Shown here: positions 9,686 through 19,206 of the stretch, piece by piece | Layout of the letters: each line of letters starts with the position of its first letter | How positions within the stretch are numbered: position 1 is the first letter of the stretch | Source: Candidatus Nomurabacteria bacterium | Lineage (GTDB): Bacteria > Patescibacteriota > Saccharimonadia > Saccharimonadales > CAIOMD01 | Reading direction: 5' to 3' | Length of the DNA stretch: 64,000 nt | Assembly (NCBI GenBank): GCA_020631975.1 | Contig: JACKGO010000003.1 | Span: 170,973-234,972, forward strand | Notes under the pieces: generated by a model | What the model was told of the DNA's origin: nothing | The model's input: the letters and a program-made list of their open reading frames with translations, nothing else | Database searches by the model: none | Made by a program: the position numbers and the translations under genes

Positions 9686-9827
9686 AAGCCAAATAGCCGA
9701 TGCAGAAAAATCAGTTAAGATTATTAAGTTCAATGAAGCTTCTGTAAAAGTCTTTGATTCCCTTAAGGCAAATAATGTAACAATAGAAACACTATTTGAC
9801 CCCAACAGATACGATCCGTTTAACTAG
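9612..9827 (+). CDS. ORF in the +1 frame, likely the soluble continuation of the 9530 gene (or a separate 54-aa ORF from the ATG at 9663)
   Basis: The part before 9648 looks non-native (MLYLHLYLVLYYL); from 9648 it reads GITAMSDAEPSESQIADAEKSVKIIKF...DPNRYDPFN. Confidence 0.45.
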   Translation: MLYLHLYLVLYYLGITAMSDAEPSESQIADAEKSVKIIKFNEASVKVFDSLKANNVTIETLFDPNRYDPFN

Positions 9828-9846
9828 TTAACTACCTAAAATACCA

Positions 9847-10443
9847 CTACGTATTTATGTTGATATTATTTCTATAGGAACCTGCTTGGCCAGTGGCTTG
9901 TATAAAATCGTCTTTTGCATCAAGTATAATTCTCGCAACCCTATTAGGATGGGGGCATAAAGGAAAAATAAAATTAGCTTGTTCTCCGGCTGTCTCAATT
10001 TTGAGTGTGCCAAAATTAAACATGGTAGAAAATACTCCGCGCTGTTCGCTCGTCACATCTTCTATATTGGCAAGAGAGATATGTGAAACTTTACGTTCGT
10101 ATATACTTTTTTGAAGTATTTGTATAACGTTCTTGTTTGTCACAGTAAGGCCAGACTGGTTGTACACATATGTTATAGCGATGAGTACGACGACTAGTAC
10201 AAAACCACATATAAACGCAAGTACAGTCCAAGCAGAGTATATGCTGTTAGTACTAGCCATAGTCTTAGGAAGGACTATGCTTATTAAGCTTAGAGCAAAT
10301 ACAAATGCAATAAACGATGCTGCGTAGATGACCATCAAACCAAATGGATGTTGTTTTACCGCACACAATAAACGAGCATCTCTGTCGGTGACTTCGATGG
10401 TTTTATAGTAAGCCGATTCTTTATAGCTATTTCTAAATAGCAT
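9847..10443 (-). CDS. Membrane protein with bacterial PH (bPH_2/YdbT-like) domain
   Basis: Two or three TM helices followed by ...FGTLKIETAGE...IFPLCPHP, typical of bPH_2. Confidence 0.65.
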   Translation of the reverse strand: MLFRNSYKESAYYKTIEVTDRDARLLCAVKQHPFGLMVIYAASFIAFVFALSLISIVLPKTMASTNSIYSAWTVLAFICGFVLVVVLIAITYVYNQSGLTVTNKNVIQILQKSIYERKVSHISLANIEDVTSEQRGVFSTMFNFGTLKIETAGEQANFIFPLCPHPNRVARIILDAKDDFIQATGQAGSYRNNININT

Positions 10444-10457
10444 GGTTGTATTATAGT

Positions 10458-11489
10458 CTATACGAACGAAGTTTGGCTATTTTCTGATTTTGGTGGCACT
10501 TTATTAAGATGTTTATAAGCTTTTTGTGTAACTTTTCTGCCGCGAGGCGTTCGTTCTAGCATACCTATCTGCAGTAAGTAGGGTTCGTAAAAGTCTTCTA
10601 TAGTCGTGCGCTCATCTGCAAGTAAAGCTGCCAATGTGTCTACGCCAACAGGGCCCCCTTGATGATTGTCTATAATAGTTGCGAGCAACATTCTATCTGA
10701 CTGATCAAGCCCGAGTTCATCTATTTCTAATAATAGTAAGCCTTGTTCTGCATTCTGCAAATCTACAATACCATCACCATTCACATCAGCGTAATCTCGT
10801 ACTCGCTTGAGCAATCTGTTAGCAATACGTGGCGTTAAGCGTGATCTGCGTGCTATGTGAGCAGCAGCGTCTTTTGTTACTTGTGTGTCTAAAATACTCG
10901 AAGATCGTTGAATAATACGCGCAATTTCCTCTGGTGTATAAAAATCAAGCCTATGTACGTGGCCAAACCGATCCCTTAGTGGTGCAGCCAATGCGCCTGT
11001 TCTTGTAGTTGCGCCAATGATACTAAACTTAGGTAAATCAAGCCGGAGGCTACGGGCTGATGGCCCCTTTCCGAGCATGATATCTAGCTTAAAATCTTCC
11101 ATGGCGCTGTAGAGCACTTCTTCTACTGTTCTATTGAGCCGATGTATTTCGTCAATGAACAATATATCACCGTCTTGTAAATTAGTAAGTAGACTTGCCA
11201 AATCACCAGCCCGCTCAATAGCCGGACCACTAGTAATACGGATTTGCGCACCCATTTCGTTAGCAATGACACTTGCCATTGTTGTTTTACCTAGCCCGGG
11301 TGGGCCAAACAGTAGTACATGATCAATTGGCTCATTACGTTTTTTGGCTGCTGTAATTGCTAATTGCAAATTTTGCTTTAAACGTTCTTGACCAATGTAA
11401 CTAGCAAAGTCTTTGGGGCGTAATGTTAGTTCAAGTTGCTCTTCTACTATATTGTCATCTTGGGTAGTATTAACTATTCTCTCAATCAT
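10458..11489 (-). CDS. ruvB: Holliday junction branch migration helicase RuvB
   Basis: Walker [16 protein letters not shown], full-length collinear RuvB pattern. Confidence 0.96.
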   Translation of the reverse strand: MIERIVNTTQDDNIVEEQLELTLRPKDFASYIGQERLKQNLQLAITAAKKRNEPIDHVLLFGPPGLGKTTMASVIANEMGAQIRITSGPAIERAGDLASLLTNLQDGDILFIDEIHRLNRTVEEVLYSAMEDFKLDIMLGKGPSARSLRLDLPKFSIIGATTRTGALAAPLRDRFGHVHRLDFYTPEEIARIIQRSSSILDTQVTKDAAAHIARRSRLTPRIANRLLKRVRDYADVNGDGIVDLQNAEQGLLLLEIDELGLDQSDRMLLATIIDNHQGGPVGVDTLAALLADERTTIEDFYEPYLLQIGMLERTPRGRKVTQKAYKHLNKVPPKSENSQTSFV

Positions 11490-12067
11490 CGATGCGATCC
11501 TTGTTGTAATGCGAGTTTAATACGCTCTTCTGTTGTTAAACTAGTGTCTATGCCCACGAGTGCACGCTGTGCGTCTAGGGTTGTATACCCAAGCGAAATT
11601 AATGCATCAACCGCTTCGTCACTTACTAAAGTATTTAAGCCGTTATATGCACCTTCATCACTACTGACATAGCCTACTTTTTCTTTTAAATCTACGATTA
11701 TACGTTCAGCTACCCGTTTACCAACACCGTTGGCAGCTTTTAATAACGCCATATTACCTTCTGCAATGGCTTTTCTAACTTCTGTACTTGGCGCAACACT
11801 CATGATAGCTAACGCCATTTTAGGACCCACCCCGTTCACACTAAGTAGTATTTCAAATAATTCTTTTGATGATATATCAATAAAACCAAATAAATCATGA
11901 CTCTGCTCGCGAATGTGTTCATAAATATACAAACGTGCTGACTTGCCAACAGGTAACCTCCCATAATCTTCTGATGTTACCAAAGCACCATAGCCTACAC
12001 CACCACAGGTAATAATCACCTGGTCATCAATATGTTCAACTATCGTACCTTCTAGTAGTGCAATCAT
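11486..12067 (-). CDS. ruvA: Holliday junction DNA-binding protein RuvA
   Basis: MIALLEGTI... OB fold plus HhH ([21 protein letters not shown]); overlaps the ruvB start. Confidence 0.93.
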   Translation of the reverse strand: MIALLEGTIVEHIDDQVIITCGGVGYGALVTSEDYGRLPVGKSARLYIYEHIREQSHDLFGFIDISSKELFEILLSVNGVGPKMALAIMSVAPSTEVRKAIAEGNMALLKAANGVGKRVAERIIVDLKEKVGYVSSDEGAYNGLNTLVSDEAVDALISLGYTTLDAQRALVGIDTSLTTEERIKLALQQGSHR

Positions 12068-12075
12068 ATACTTTA

Positions 12076-12549
12076 TTATAACAGAGGCGCTGTGGCGTGG
12101 GTAAGTGCTGCAGCTAAAGCATCAGCACAGTCGTCAGGCTTTGGAATTTGTTGTAGACCAAGGAGTACTTTTACCATTTCTTGTATTTGCTGTTTTTCTG
12201 CCCTACCATAGCCTGTTAGTGCCTGCTTTATTTGCAAAGGTGTGTATTCGGCTATTGGTATGCCTTTTTCTGTAGCCGCAAGTAAAATCACTCCCCTTGC
12301 TTGGCTCACACTCATAGCAGTAGTAACATTACGTGCAAAAAATAAGCGCTCAACAACCATGACATCTGGGTTGTGCTCTTGTATTATTTCTTGTAAGGAT
12401 GTGTATATTGTGTGTAGACGTAACTCATCGGCCTGATGTGCGGGTGTTCTAATTACACCGGCATCGAGCATTTTATGTTTGCGACGATCTGTTTCAATGA
12501 CACCAAAACCAACAATGCCTGTACCAGGATCAATGCCAAGCATCTTCAT
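12076..12549 (-). CDS. ruvC: Crossover junction endodeoxyribonuclease RuvC
   Basis: LGIDPGT... RNase H-like fold, 157 aa, upstream of ruvA. Confidence 0.93.
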   Translation of the reverse strand: MKMLGIDPGTGIVGFGVIETDRRKHKMLDAGVIRTPAHQADELRLHTIYTSLQEIIQEHNPDVMVVERLFFARNVTTAMSVSQARGVILLAATEKGIPIAEYTPLQIKQALTGYGRAEKQQIQEMVKVLLGLQQIPKPDDCADALAAALTHATAPLL

Positions 12550-13277
12550 GTTTTATCTGCTACTTCATCGGGTACATCAAAGTTAACATGTGTACTAATG
12601 ACATCTTGTAATTCATCTAGTGCGTCTAGTAATCGTTCGATTTTTGCAGCCGTTTCTGCATTATCTATGATGATTGTATTATTAGGTACATACGTTAGCT
12701 CTGCTTCTGCTATAGAAAAATTTTTTGCTTTTAAGGTATCACGAACTTTAGCAAGCTGTTTTGGTTCTGTATAAACCAACATTTCAGTACCAGCTTCATT
12801 GACATCTTCTGCACCAGCATCTAGCGCTGCTAGCATAGCATCATCTCCAGTAGCTTGCATACGAATAATGCCTTTTCTGGTAAATTGAAATGCGACTGCT
12901 CCAGATTCAGCAATATTACCACCATGTTTTGCAAAAGCGTGGCGCACTTCTGGATAGGTACGATTAAGGTTATCTGTTGCACACTCTACCAAAATGCCTA
13001 CTCCACCCGGACCATAGCCTTCGTACATTACTTCAGTCAATTGGGCAGCATTCTTATCAGCAACTCGCGCGATTGCTCGTTCTATGTTACTCATGGGCAT
13101 GTTAGCCGCCTTGGCTTTTTCTATCACCATTGCTAGGCTAGTATTCGTTAAAGGATCAGTACCAGCCCTTGCAGCTACAGCAATTTGGTTTCCGATACGG
13201 GTAAATAATGCACCTCTCTTGGCGTCGTTTGCACCTTTTTGGCGCTTGATGGTAGCCCACTTAGAATGTCCTGACAT
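12546..13277 (-). CDS. yebC: YebC/PmpR family DNA-binding transcriptional regulator
   Basis: MSGHSKWATIKRQKGANDAKRG signature N-terminus. Confidence 0.95.
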   Translation of the reverse strand: MSGHSKWATIKRQKGANDAKRGALFTRIGNQIAVAARAGTDPLTNTSLAMVIEKAKAANMPMSNIERAIARVADKNAAQLTEVMYEGYGPGGVGILVECATDNLNRTYPEVRHAFAKHGGNIAESGAVAFQFTRKGIIRMQATGDDAMLAALDAGAEDVNEAGTEMLVYTEPKQLAKVRDTLKAKNFSIAEAELTYVPNNTIIIDNAETAAKIERLLDALDELQDVISTHVNFDVPDEVADKT

Positions 13278-13290
13278 GACAATAGTCCTT

Positions 13291-14742
13291 TTAATTACTA
13301 CTTTCTTTTATTATAACAGATTGAGTTCTCTTTTTTAGACCCACTAGGACTACTGCATATATACAATACATACCTACCATTGAAGCAGCCGATACCTGCA
13401 CATAGCTCAATGCATGTGGCAACTTCGCTAACCATTCAGAAGTATGAATCATGGTATTAAGCAGCACTCTTGCAGGTAAAGCTACCCAACCAGCATATAG
13501 AGACATAAACATACCGCTCAAACCGGCAACAAAGCTAGCAAGCATAGCAAACGGCACAAGCGGCACAATTAATATATTAGCAATAAAGCCAATGCTAGAA
13601 ATTTTGGCGAATACAAACATGCTTAGCGGCAATGTCATTACTTGTGCAGAAAAGCTTTCTATGGCTACCGTCGGCAATAGTGGCAGTTCGGTCTTACCTT
13701 TTGCAAACAACTTGACTAAGAGCGGTGCCACTACTAATACACCAAAAAATGCTAAAAACGATAAATACCAGCCGATATCACCCCACACATAATACGGGTT
13801 AACAAAGCCTGTTACAGCTGCTGCAAATAAAATAAGTACTATTGGTCTAAATTCCCTACCATAGTACCAAGCCGCCATGCCTAATCCCGCCACAAGACTC
13901 GCCCGAACAATAGACGGTGAAAAACCCGTAATAAGCAAAAATACATATATTAATGCTGCTGATATGCCTACCGTCTGAAACCGCGACAAACGTCTTGAAA
14001 GCCTTTTTACCGCATTAATAATAATTGTTAAATTATAGCCAGACACAGCAACAATATGCGTAAGACCAGCTATTTGTAACGCGCTACTGACATCATCGGG
14101 CAATAAACTACGCTGGCCGACAAGAATACCTGTGCCCAAGCTGGCGGCTGGTTCAGGTAGTGCGTTCTGCATACCAACGATAAAATTTTTACGAACCTTC
14201 TCTATAATAGAATTACTTCTAGAAACAACGTTAAGATCTGCATATGACATTCTCCCTTGCTTACCCCCAAGTGTAGATTGTAATTTACCGGTTGCCTCGA
14301 TATTATCATTACGATACAAGGCTGGTTCAGTATATCCACGAAGTGTCACTTTACCACTTGCTGGTTGCCCATTAACGGTTGTCAGTTGAAGCGTAGTTTC
14401 TAATTGGCCGTTGTAACTATAGGTGGCATCTTCAATAGCATAGCCAGTGATAGTAACTTTTTCACCATAGTGCGTAGCAAACTGCTGGTAGTCTGCCTGT
14501 AATACGCCACCACGCCAAAGACCGAGGATTAAAAATGTAGTACCTACAAAAATAACTCTTGTTTTTGAAGAAAAATACAACGGAAGCAAAACCACCGATA
14601 CAAAAAACCAATCTCCCGGTATTGGTGTTATGTATTTAGCTAGAAACAAGCCAATAAGTGTTGTAGCACAAGCTATAGCAATATATGTTGTTCGGCGCAG
14701 GTTCATGATGTTTGAGTAATTTTGCTTATAGACGAGTGCCAA
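13291..14742 (-). CDS. comEC: ComEC/Rec2 family competence channel protein (no metallo-beta-lactamase domain)
   Basis: N-terminal OB-like DUF4131 region plus a polytopic competence domain; 483 aa. Confidence 0.8.
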   Translation of the reverse strand: MALVYKQNYSNIMNLRRTTYIAIACATTLIGLFLAKYITPIPGDWFFVSVVLLPLYFSSKTRVIFVGTTFLILGLWRGGVLQADYQQFATHYGEKVTITGYAIEDATYSYNGQLETTLQLTTVNGQPASGKVTLRGYTEPALYRNDNIEATGKLQSTLGGKQGRMSYADLNVVSRSNSIIEKVRKNFIVGMQNALPEPAASLGTGILVGQRSLLPDDVSSALQIAGLTHIVAVSGYNLTIIINAVKRLSRRLSRFQTVGISAALIYVFLLITGFSPSIVRASLVAGLGMAAWYYGREFRPIVLILFAAAVTGFVNPYYVWGDIGWYLSFLAFFGVLVVAPLLVKLFAKGKTELPLLPTVAIESFSAQVMTLPLSMFVFAKISSIGFIANILIVPLVPFAMLASFVAGLSGMFMSLYAGWVALPARVLLNTMIHTSEWLAKLPHALSYVQVSAASMVGMYCIYAVVLVGLKKRTQSVIIKESSN

Positions 14743-14839
14743 TTACTATGCACGGTTTTTATAATATGTATGAGTATATCAAACATGTTAGTTTGTTAAT
14801 GTATTTTTATTATTACTTCAACACAAAATTAAATGGCTT

Positions 14840-15268
14840 TTATCTGCCTAGGTAATGAAAAATAAGGTACCCTAATCTGTGCATTATTGTCACGCTTAAA
14901 ACTACTAGCAATATGCCAAAGAAGCCGTTAATTGATATATATTCACCGAATAACCAATTTATTGCCCATACAAAAACGAACTTAGACACAAACATTATGA
15001 ACCAAACCGTAAAAAACCGAAGTATCTTATAAAATAATTGTGAATGTCGTTTTAATCTTTTTACTATTTTATTTTTTAACAAAAAGGTTGCAAATGTCAT
15101 GATTTCTAGAACGATGGAAGCTAACATTATAGTCGAAAAACTTTTAGCATCTACTACGGTAGTATAGTCGTTATAAAAGCCAAGTACTGCCATATAAATT
15201 AGTATTCCAATAGACAACTCTTGGAATACCATTTGTTTCTTGTTAAAGAATTTTGCGTTAGGCTTCAT
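14840..15268 (-). CDS. Hypothetical membrane protein (4 TM)
   Basis: 142-aa hydrophobic ORF; no recognisable family. Confidence 0.5.
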   Translation of the reverse strand: MKPNAKFFNKKQMVFQELSIGILIYMAVLGFYNDYTTVVDAKSFSTIMLASIVLEIMTFATFLLKNKIVKRLKRHSQLFYKILRFFTVWFIMFVSKFVFVWAINWLFGEYISINGFFGILLVVLSVTIMHRLGYLIFHYLGR

Positions 15269-15436
15269 GAATTAATAGTAGCAGGTTCACAGTACTAGAA
15301 AGAATGTGTAATGCAATATTCTACGGTTTCAGTAATATAGTAAAGCTTTACTCTCTGGCAATAATTGCCAAGAGTTATTCGTCATAACATTATGCTGACG
15401 TTTTTTGTTCGTGCATACGCGATGAATAATCAAATT

Positions 15437-15456
15437 AAAAACCCAGCTAAGCTGGG
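15437..15456 (-). terminator. Terminator downstream of tRNA-Lys
   Basis: Minus strand reads CCCAGC-TTA-GCTGGG followed by TTTTT. Confidence 0.7.
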
Positions 15457-15466
15457 GTAATATAAC

Positions 15467-15543
15467 TGGAGGGACCAGTGGGGCTCGAACCCACGACACC
15501 CTGCTTAAAAGGCAGGTGCTCTAACCAGCTGAGCTATGGTCCC
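15467..15543 (-). tRNA. tRNA-Lys (anticodon UUU), CCA encoded
   Basis: Manual cloverleaf: GGGACCA/TGGTCCC acceptor, anticodon arm CCTGC-CTTTTAA-GCAGG, T arm GTGGG-TTCGAGC-CCCAC. Confidence 0.93.
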
Positions 15544-15643
15544 GCATTAATCTAACAAGCGCTTGGTAAGATAATACGGTACTACTATGCTAAAGAAGCA
15601 CGCTTTATTTTCTCTTAAATTGTCTTTTTTGTCAATCTGTTAA

Positions 15644-16138
15644 TTAACCCAGATGTTTTTTATGTTTAGAGTGTTTTGGCTTTGTAGATATTAAGTAAAA
15701 AGCACTGGAAAGTAATCCACCAGCTACTGCTACGCTAAAGAATGGTTCAATTGTACCGTATATATTAGATTGTTCTACTGCATCTTTTACTTCATACGGA
15801 AGCTTTGCCGTGACGAGCATTACACAAACCAGTACGCTAGCTACAGCTGGCAACAGATGAAAAAATAGTTGCGAAGGTTTACTACTATTTTTGTACGAAA
15901 ATAATATTATAAGCGGGGCTATCGTCAACAATATTATTTGCACAATACTATACGTTGGCAAACTGCTAAACGACGGTAAAGACTGTACAAATTGAGTTGC
16001 ATCTTGTGCAGTCAGGCGTGATAACAACTCCCCCGCAGCCAACATCAAAAATATGAGTACGGCTGAAGATCTTAGCACGATGGGGGCAATCCCAAACACT
16101 GCTGTTGCTATAACGATAATAATTAGTGCTGGATCCAT
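15644..16138 (-). CDS. Hypothetical membrane protein (5 TM)
   Basis: 164-aa hydrophobic ORF with a basic C-terminal tail KPKHSKHKKH. Confidence 0.5.
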   Translation of the reverse strand: MDPALIIIVIATAVFGIAPIVLRSSAVLIFLMLAAGELLSRLTAQDATQFVQSLPSFSSLPTYSIVQIILLTIAPLIILFSYKNSSKPSQLFFHLLPAVASVLVCVMLVTAKLPYEVKDAVEQSNIYGTIEPFFSVAVAGGLLSSAFYLISTKPKHSKHKKHLG

Positions 16139-16154
16139 ACTAAATAGTGTACCC

Positions 16155-16643
16155 CTAAAAGCTTATGCTGTCGCCTTCTTGCACACCGAGCCGATTGAGT
16201 GTACCTGCGTTTACTTCTATAACGTAGGCACTTGGCTGGGGTGCTTTGTATATTTCGGGGTATTCGGCGGGTGTCGCGCTATGTTTGATATACACTATTT
16301 CTTTATCGGAATTGAGCCAAACAATATCTATAGGAAAGCGCATTTGCACCATCCACATACGCCAATCACCTGCAGTATCAAAAACAAACAGCATACCGTT
16401 ATTTTTCCCTATACTATCGCGCTCTGATAAACCTTTTTCGCGTGCCGCGTCAGTATCAGCGAGTTCTAGACTAAATTGCTCACTACCAATAGTAGCGTTC
16501 ACATAGGTCACAGTATTTAGTCTATGTATAAAAAGGTATGATGCTAAACCTATAAAAGCCAGCAGTACAGTAACTACAAGTGCGCTATAAACAAAACTTT
16601 TTTGTTTAGGCCCCGACTTTATCTTTTTTAACTTGTTTTGCAT
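16155..16643 (-). CDS. DUF192 (COG1430) domain protein with N-terminal membrane anchor
   Basis: ...REKGLSERDSIGKNNGMLFVF...MWMVQMRFPIDIVWL...AYVIEVNAG matches the DUF192 pattern. Confidence 0.75.
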   Translation of the reverse strand: MQNKLKKIKSGPKQKSFVYSALVVTVLLAFIGLASYLFIHRLNTVTYVNATIGSEQFSLELADTDAAREKGLSERDSIGKNNGMLFVFDTAGDWRMWMVQMRFPIDIVWLNSDKEIVYIKHSATPAEYPEIYKAPQPSAYVIEVNAGTLNRLGVQEGDSISF

Positions 16644-17494
16644 TTCTCTCTATGTATTCTATAACTTTTGTGGCGATATCCCTACCTGTAATTAATTTCA
16701 ATTTTAAACTTGCTGAAGAATTTACTTCTAAAACAAGCGGTCCTCTATCACTGCGCATCATATCAACACCGCAGATACGCAAATTCATAGCTTTAGCGGC
16801 CTTTACAGCAGTCTTAGCTTCTTCGTCGGTTAGTTTTATGGCTTTGCCAACGCCACCCTGGTGTGTGTTACTTCTAAAATCATCATCTAAACTTTGGCGT
16901 TTTATACTGGCAACCACTCGGCTACCGACTACAAAAGCACGTATGTCAGTGCCGGCTGATTCTTTAATAAATTCTTGTACCAAAAAGTTAACACCTTCTA
17001 CATAAAAAGCTTGCATGACAGCTTTTGCAGCTTTGTTAGTTTCGGCGAGCACGACCCCATTACCATGTGTACCACGTAATTAGTGGCGTGCCGCGGTTTT
17101 TTTCTATAACACCCTCCAAATCGGCAGTTTCGCGGGCAAATACAGTACGAGGAATACCTACATCTTTTCGAGCCAAAAGCTGATAGGCCCTTAGTTTATC
17201 ACGGGTGCGGTTTATGGCCATAGAACTAGCAGTAGTATAAATGCCTTGCATTTCAAACTGTCTTACAACAGCTGTACCATATTTTGTATAGCTCTGGGCT
17301 ATTCTCGGAATGATTGCATCAAATTTTGGCAGCGGTTTACCGCGATAATGCACCACCGGATTACTTTTTTCAACAGTTACGTAGCATTTGGCATAATTAA
17401 TAACCTTAACCTCATGCTCACGCTCTTCAGCAACTTCACGTAAACGTTTAGTAGAATAATTTAAAGATCCTTTTGATAAAATTGCTATTTTCAT
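16606..17494 (-). pseudogene. rimK: RimK-type ATP-grasp alpha-L-glutamate ligase, disrupted (two ORFs, 17494..17060 and 17079..16606)
   Basis: The N-part is collinear with E. coli RimK up to GTPLI, then reads TWYTW-stop. The ATP-grasp continues in another frame as LRGTHGNGVVLAETNKAAKAV... Confidence 0.85.
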
Positions 17495-17502
17495 AATTAT
17501 TC

Positions 17503-17993
17503 CTACTGTTTAAGATACCTTTCTTTATAAAATTTAACTGGGTCAAGGCTTGACTCATGTGAATATTTTTCGCCAAGTCTGTCTAGATTGTCCTTGCTAG
17601 ATTTAATTTGCGCCTTATATGCTTCGAGCTTATAAGAAGTATCAACAATAAACTTGTTACGTAAGGTAATTGCGCCAATCAATACTGGAAAATCGGATGC
17701 GGTTTTTGTAAAGTTAGATTTAACTTTTACCTTCTATTACCATGCCAATCACTTACAGCATATCTTATCTGGCTTTTTCCGTTCGAGCTTCTAACAACTT
17801 TTATGCTATAGTTTGTAGTCTTATGTACTTTTTTGCGATAATAGGGCGACTTTTTTTAAATAGTATATAGTTATCTGCCCTCATCTACCCAAACTCTTTC
17901 CTAGATGAGGTGTCACGGTATCAACTTTTGCAGACATACGCTTCAGTTATAGGTGCACATATGCCAATTATCAGCAATTTCTTGGCTTATCAT
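17503..17993 (-). pseudogene. Decayed DUF785/COG4067 retropepsin-like (RimK-associated) gene
   Basis: Minus-strand pieces in three frames: KKLLIIG..PITEAY / VSAKVDT / KKVHKTTNYSIKVVRSSNGKSQIRYAVS / KVKSNFTKTASDFPVLIGAITLRNKFIVDTSYK, separated by stops. Confidence 0.65.
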
Positions 17994-18554
17994 TTTGTTA
18001 TTATAAACTTTTTTATACCCCAATTAGTAGCTAACTGTTACAGATATTTACGCAAAAGATTATATTTATTTCCTTTATCTAGTACTAGCTGGCTTATAGG
18101 TTTTGTTTCTTTATTCAATCTGAATATTCGTAACCCTAGTGGTAAATAATTGAGTTTCTCTGTTTACCATTAGAATACTCTTAACCTCATCTTGATAATA
18201 ATCTGTCGATTGAGTTAGTTTTATTTCAGTTAGTGCACCTTCAAAATATGAACACAAGGTATGTAAGAATCGTTATTTAGTTTTTGCGTGTCACGATTTG
18301 AGACATTGCCACATAGTGTTTCAAGTAATTAAAAAGGCAGCCCTGCACTAACTTTATGGTTGCGAGATTCTTTGCATCCTAGCCGTATTAACTTTTTAGG
18401 CATATTAATATTCTAGCAGGTTTTTGCTTTTATTGCTATATTATTTTTCTGTTAACTATTTGCTTTTAAAACACGCATAAATGCTATGGTTATCACTATA
18501 ACGAGCACGACCAACAATAGCACAATCATTGTTACAAAGCCTTGCTGTTTGGCG

Positions 18555-19154
18555 TCACGCACGTGCTACCTCTGCTGGTTGTTCAATTACCTGTAGAATA
18601 TCCCAAAATAATTTGGGTGAATTGGGTGAAGCATCTATCTCTGGGTGAAATTGAGTGCCGATAATATTACGCTCAGGATAATGCAGTATCTCTATGCCGT
18701 CGTTACTGTGTGCAAGAATGTTCATGCCAACGGTATCTGCAGAGTCCACAACCCATTGGTGTCGTTCGTGTACATACAGTTCTTGCTGACTAAAATATGC
18801 TTCACCTTCATTAGTAAGTACTACGTGCTTATTGGTGTCTACCATAGATGGTAACCTACTTAGTGAACCACCAAGGGCCACTGCAATCATTTGGAGGCCC
18901 AGGCATATCCCTAAGATAGGCTTGTCGGTACGCTGTATGAGATCAAATTCATGCCGGTACCAAGGATCGCCGTTATCTAGATTGTCGGCTACCTCATTTT
19001 GCATACCACCAGACAATATTATAAAATCAGCATCTTGTGCATCGAGTGGTTCAAACGGGGAATATGTTTGTACAATATAGTCGTGATTAGCAGACACACG
19101 ATTAACAATGTGTTTTAAATACAAGCTGCCGTTATCTACAATAAAGAATTTCAT
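18555..19154 (-). CDS. Class I glutamine amidotransferase-like protein
   Basis: Nucleophile elbow ILGICLGLQMI, C-terminal H..E (FHPE); 199 aa. Confidence 0.8.
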   Translation of the reverse strand: MKFFIVDNGSLYLKHIVNRVSANHDYIVQTYSPFEPLDAQDADFIILSGGMQNEVADNLDNGDPWYRHEFDLIQRTDKPILGICLGLQMIAVALGGSLSRLPSMVDTNKHVVLTNEGEAYFSQQELYVHERHQWVVDSADTVGMNILAHSNDGIEILHYPERNIIGTQFHPEIDASPNSPKLFWDILQVIEQPAEVARA

Positions 19155-19206
19155 AACATGTTTGTTTCGGCTGATGAGCCGTATGCATAGATATTATAGC
19201 AAATTA

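Noticed and set aside
17910-18149. 79-aa plus-strand ORF
   Set aside because: It lies antisense to and within the decayed DUF785 region, has a low-complexity hydrophobic composition, no SD, and an alternative start codon.
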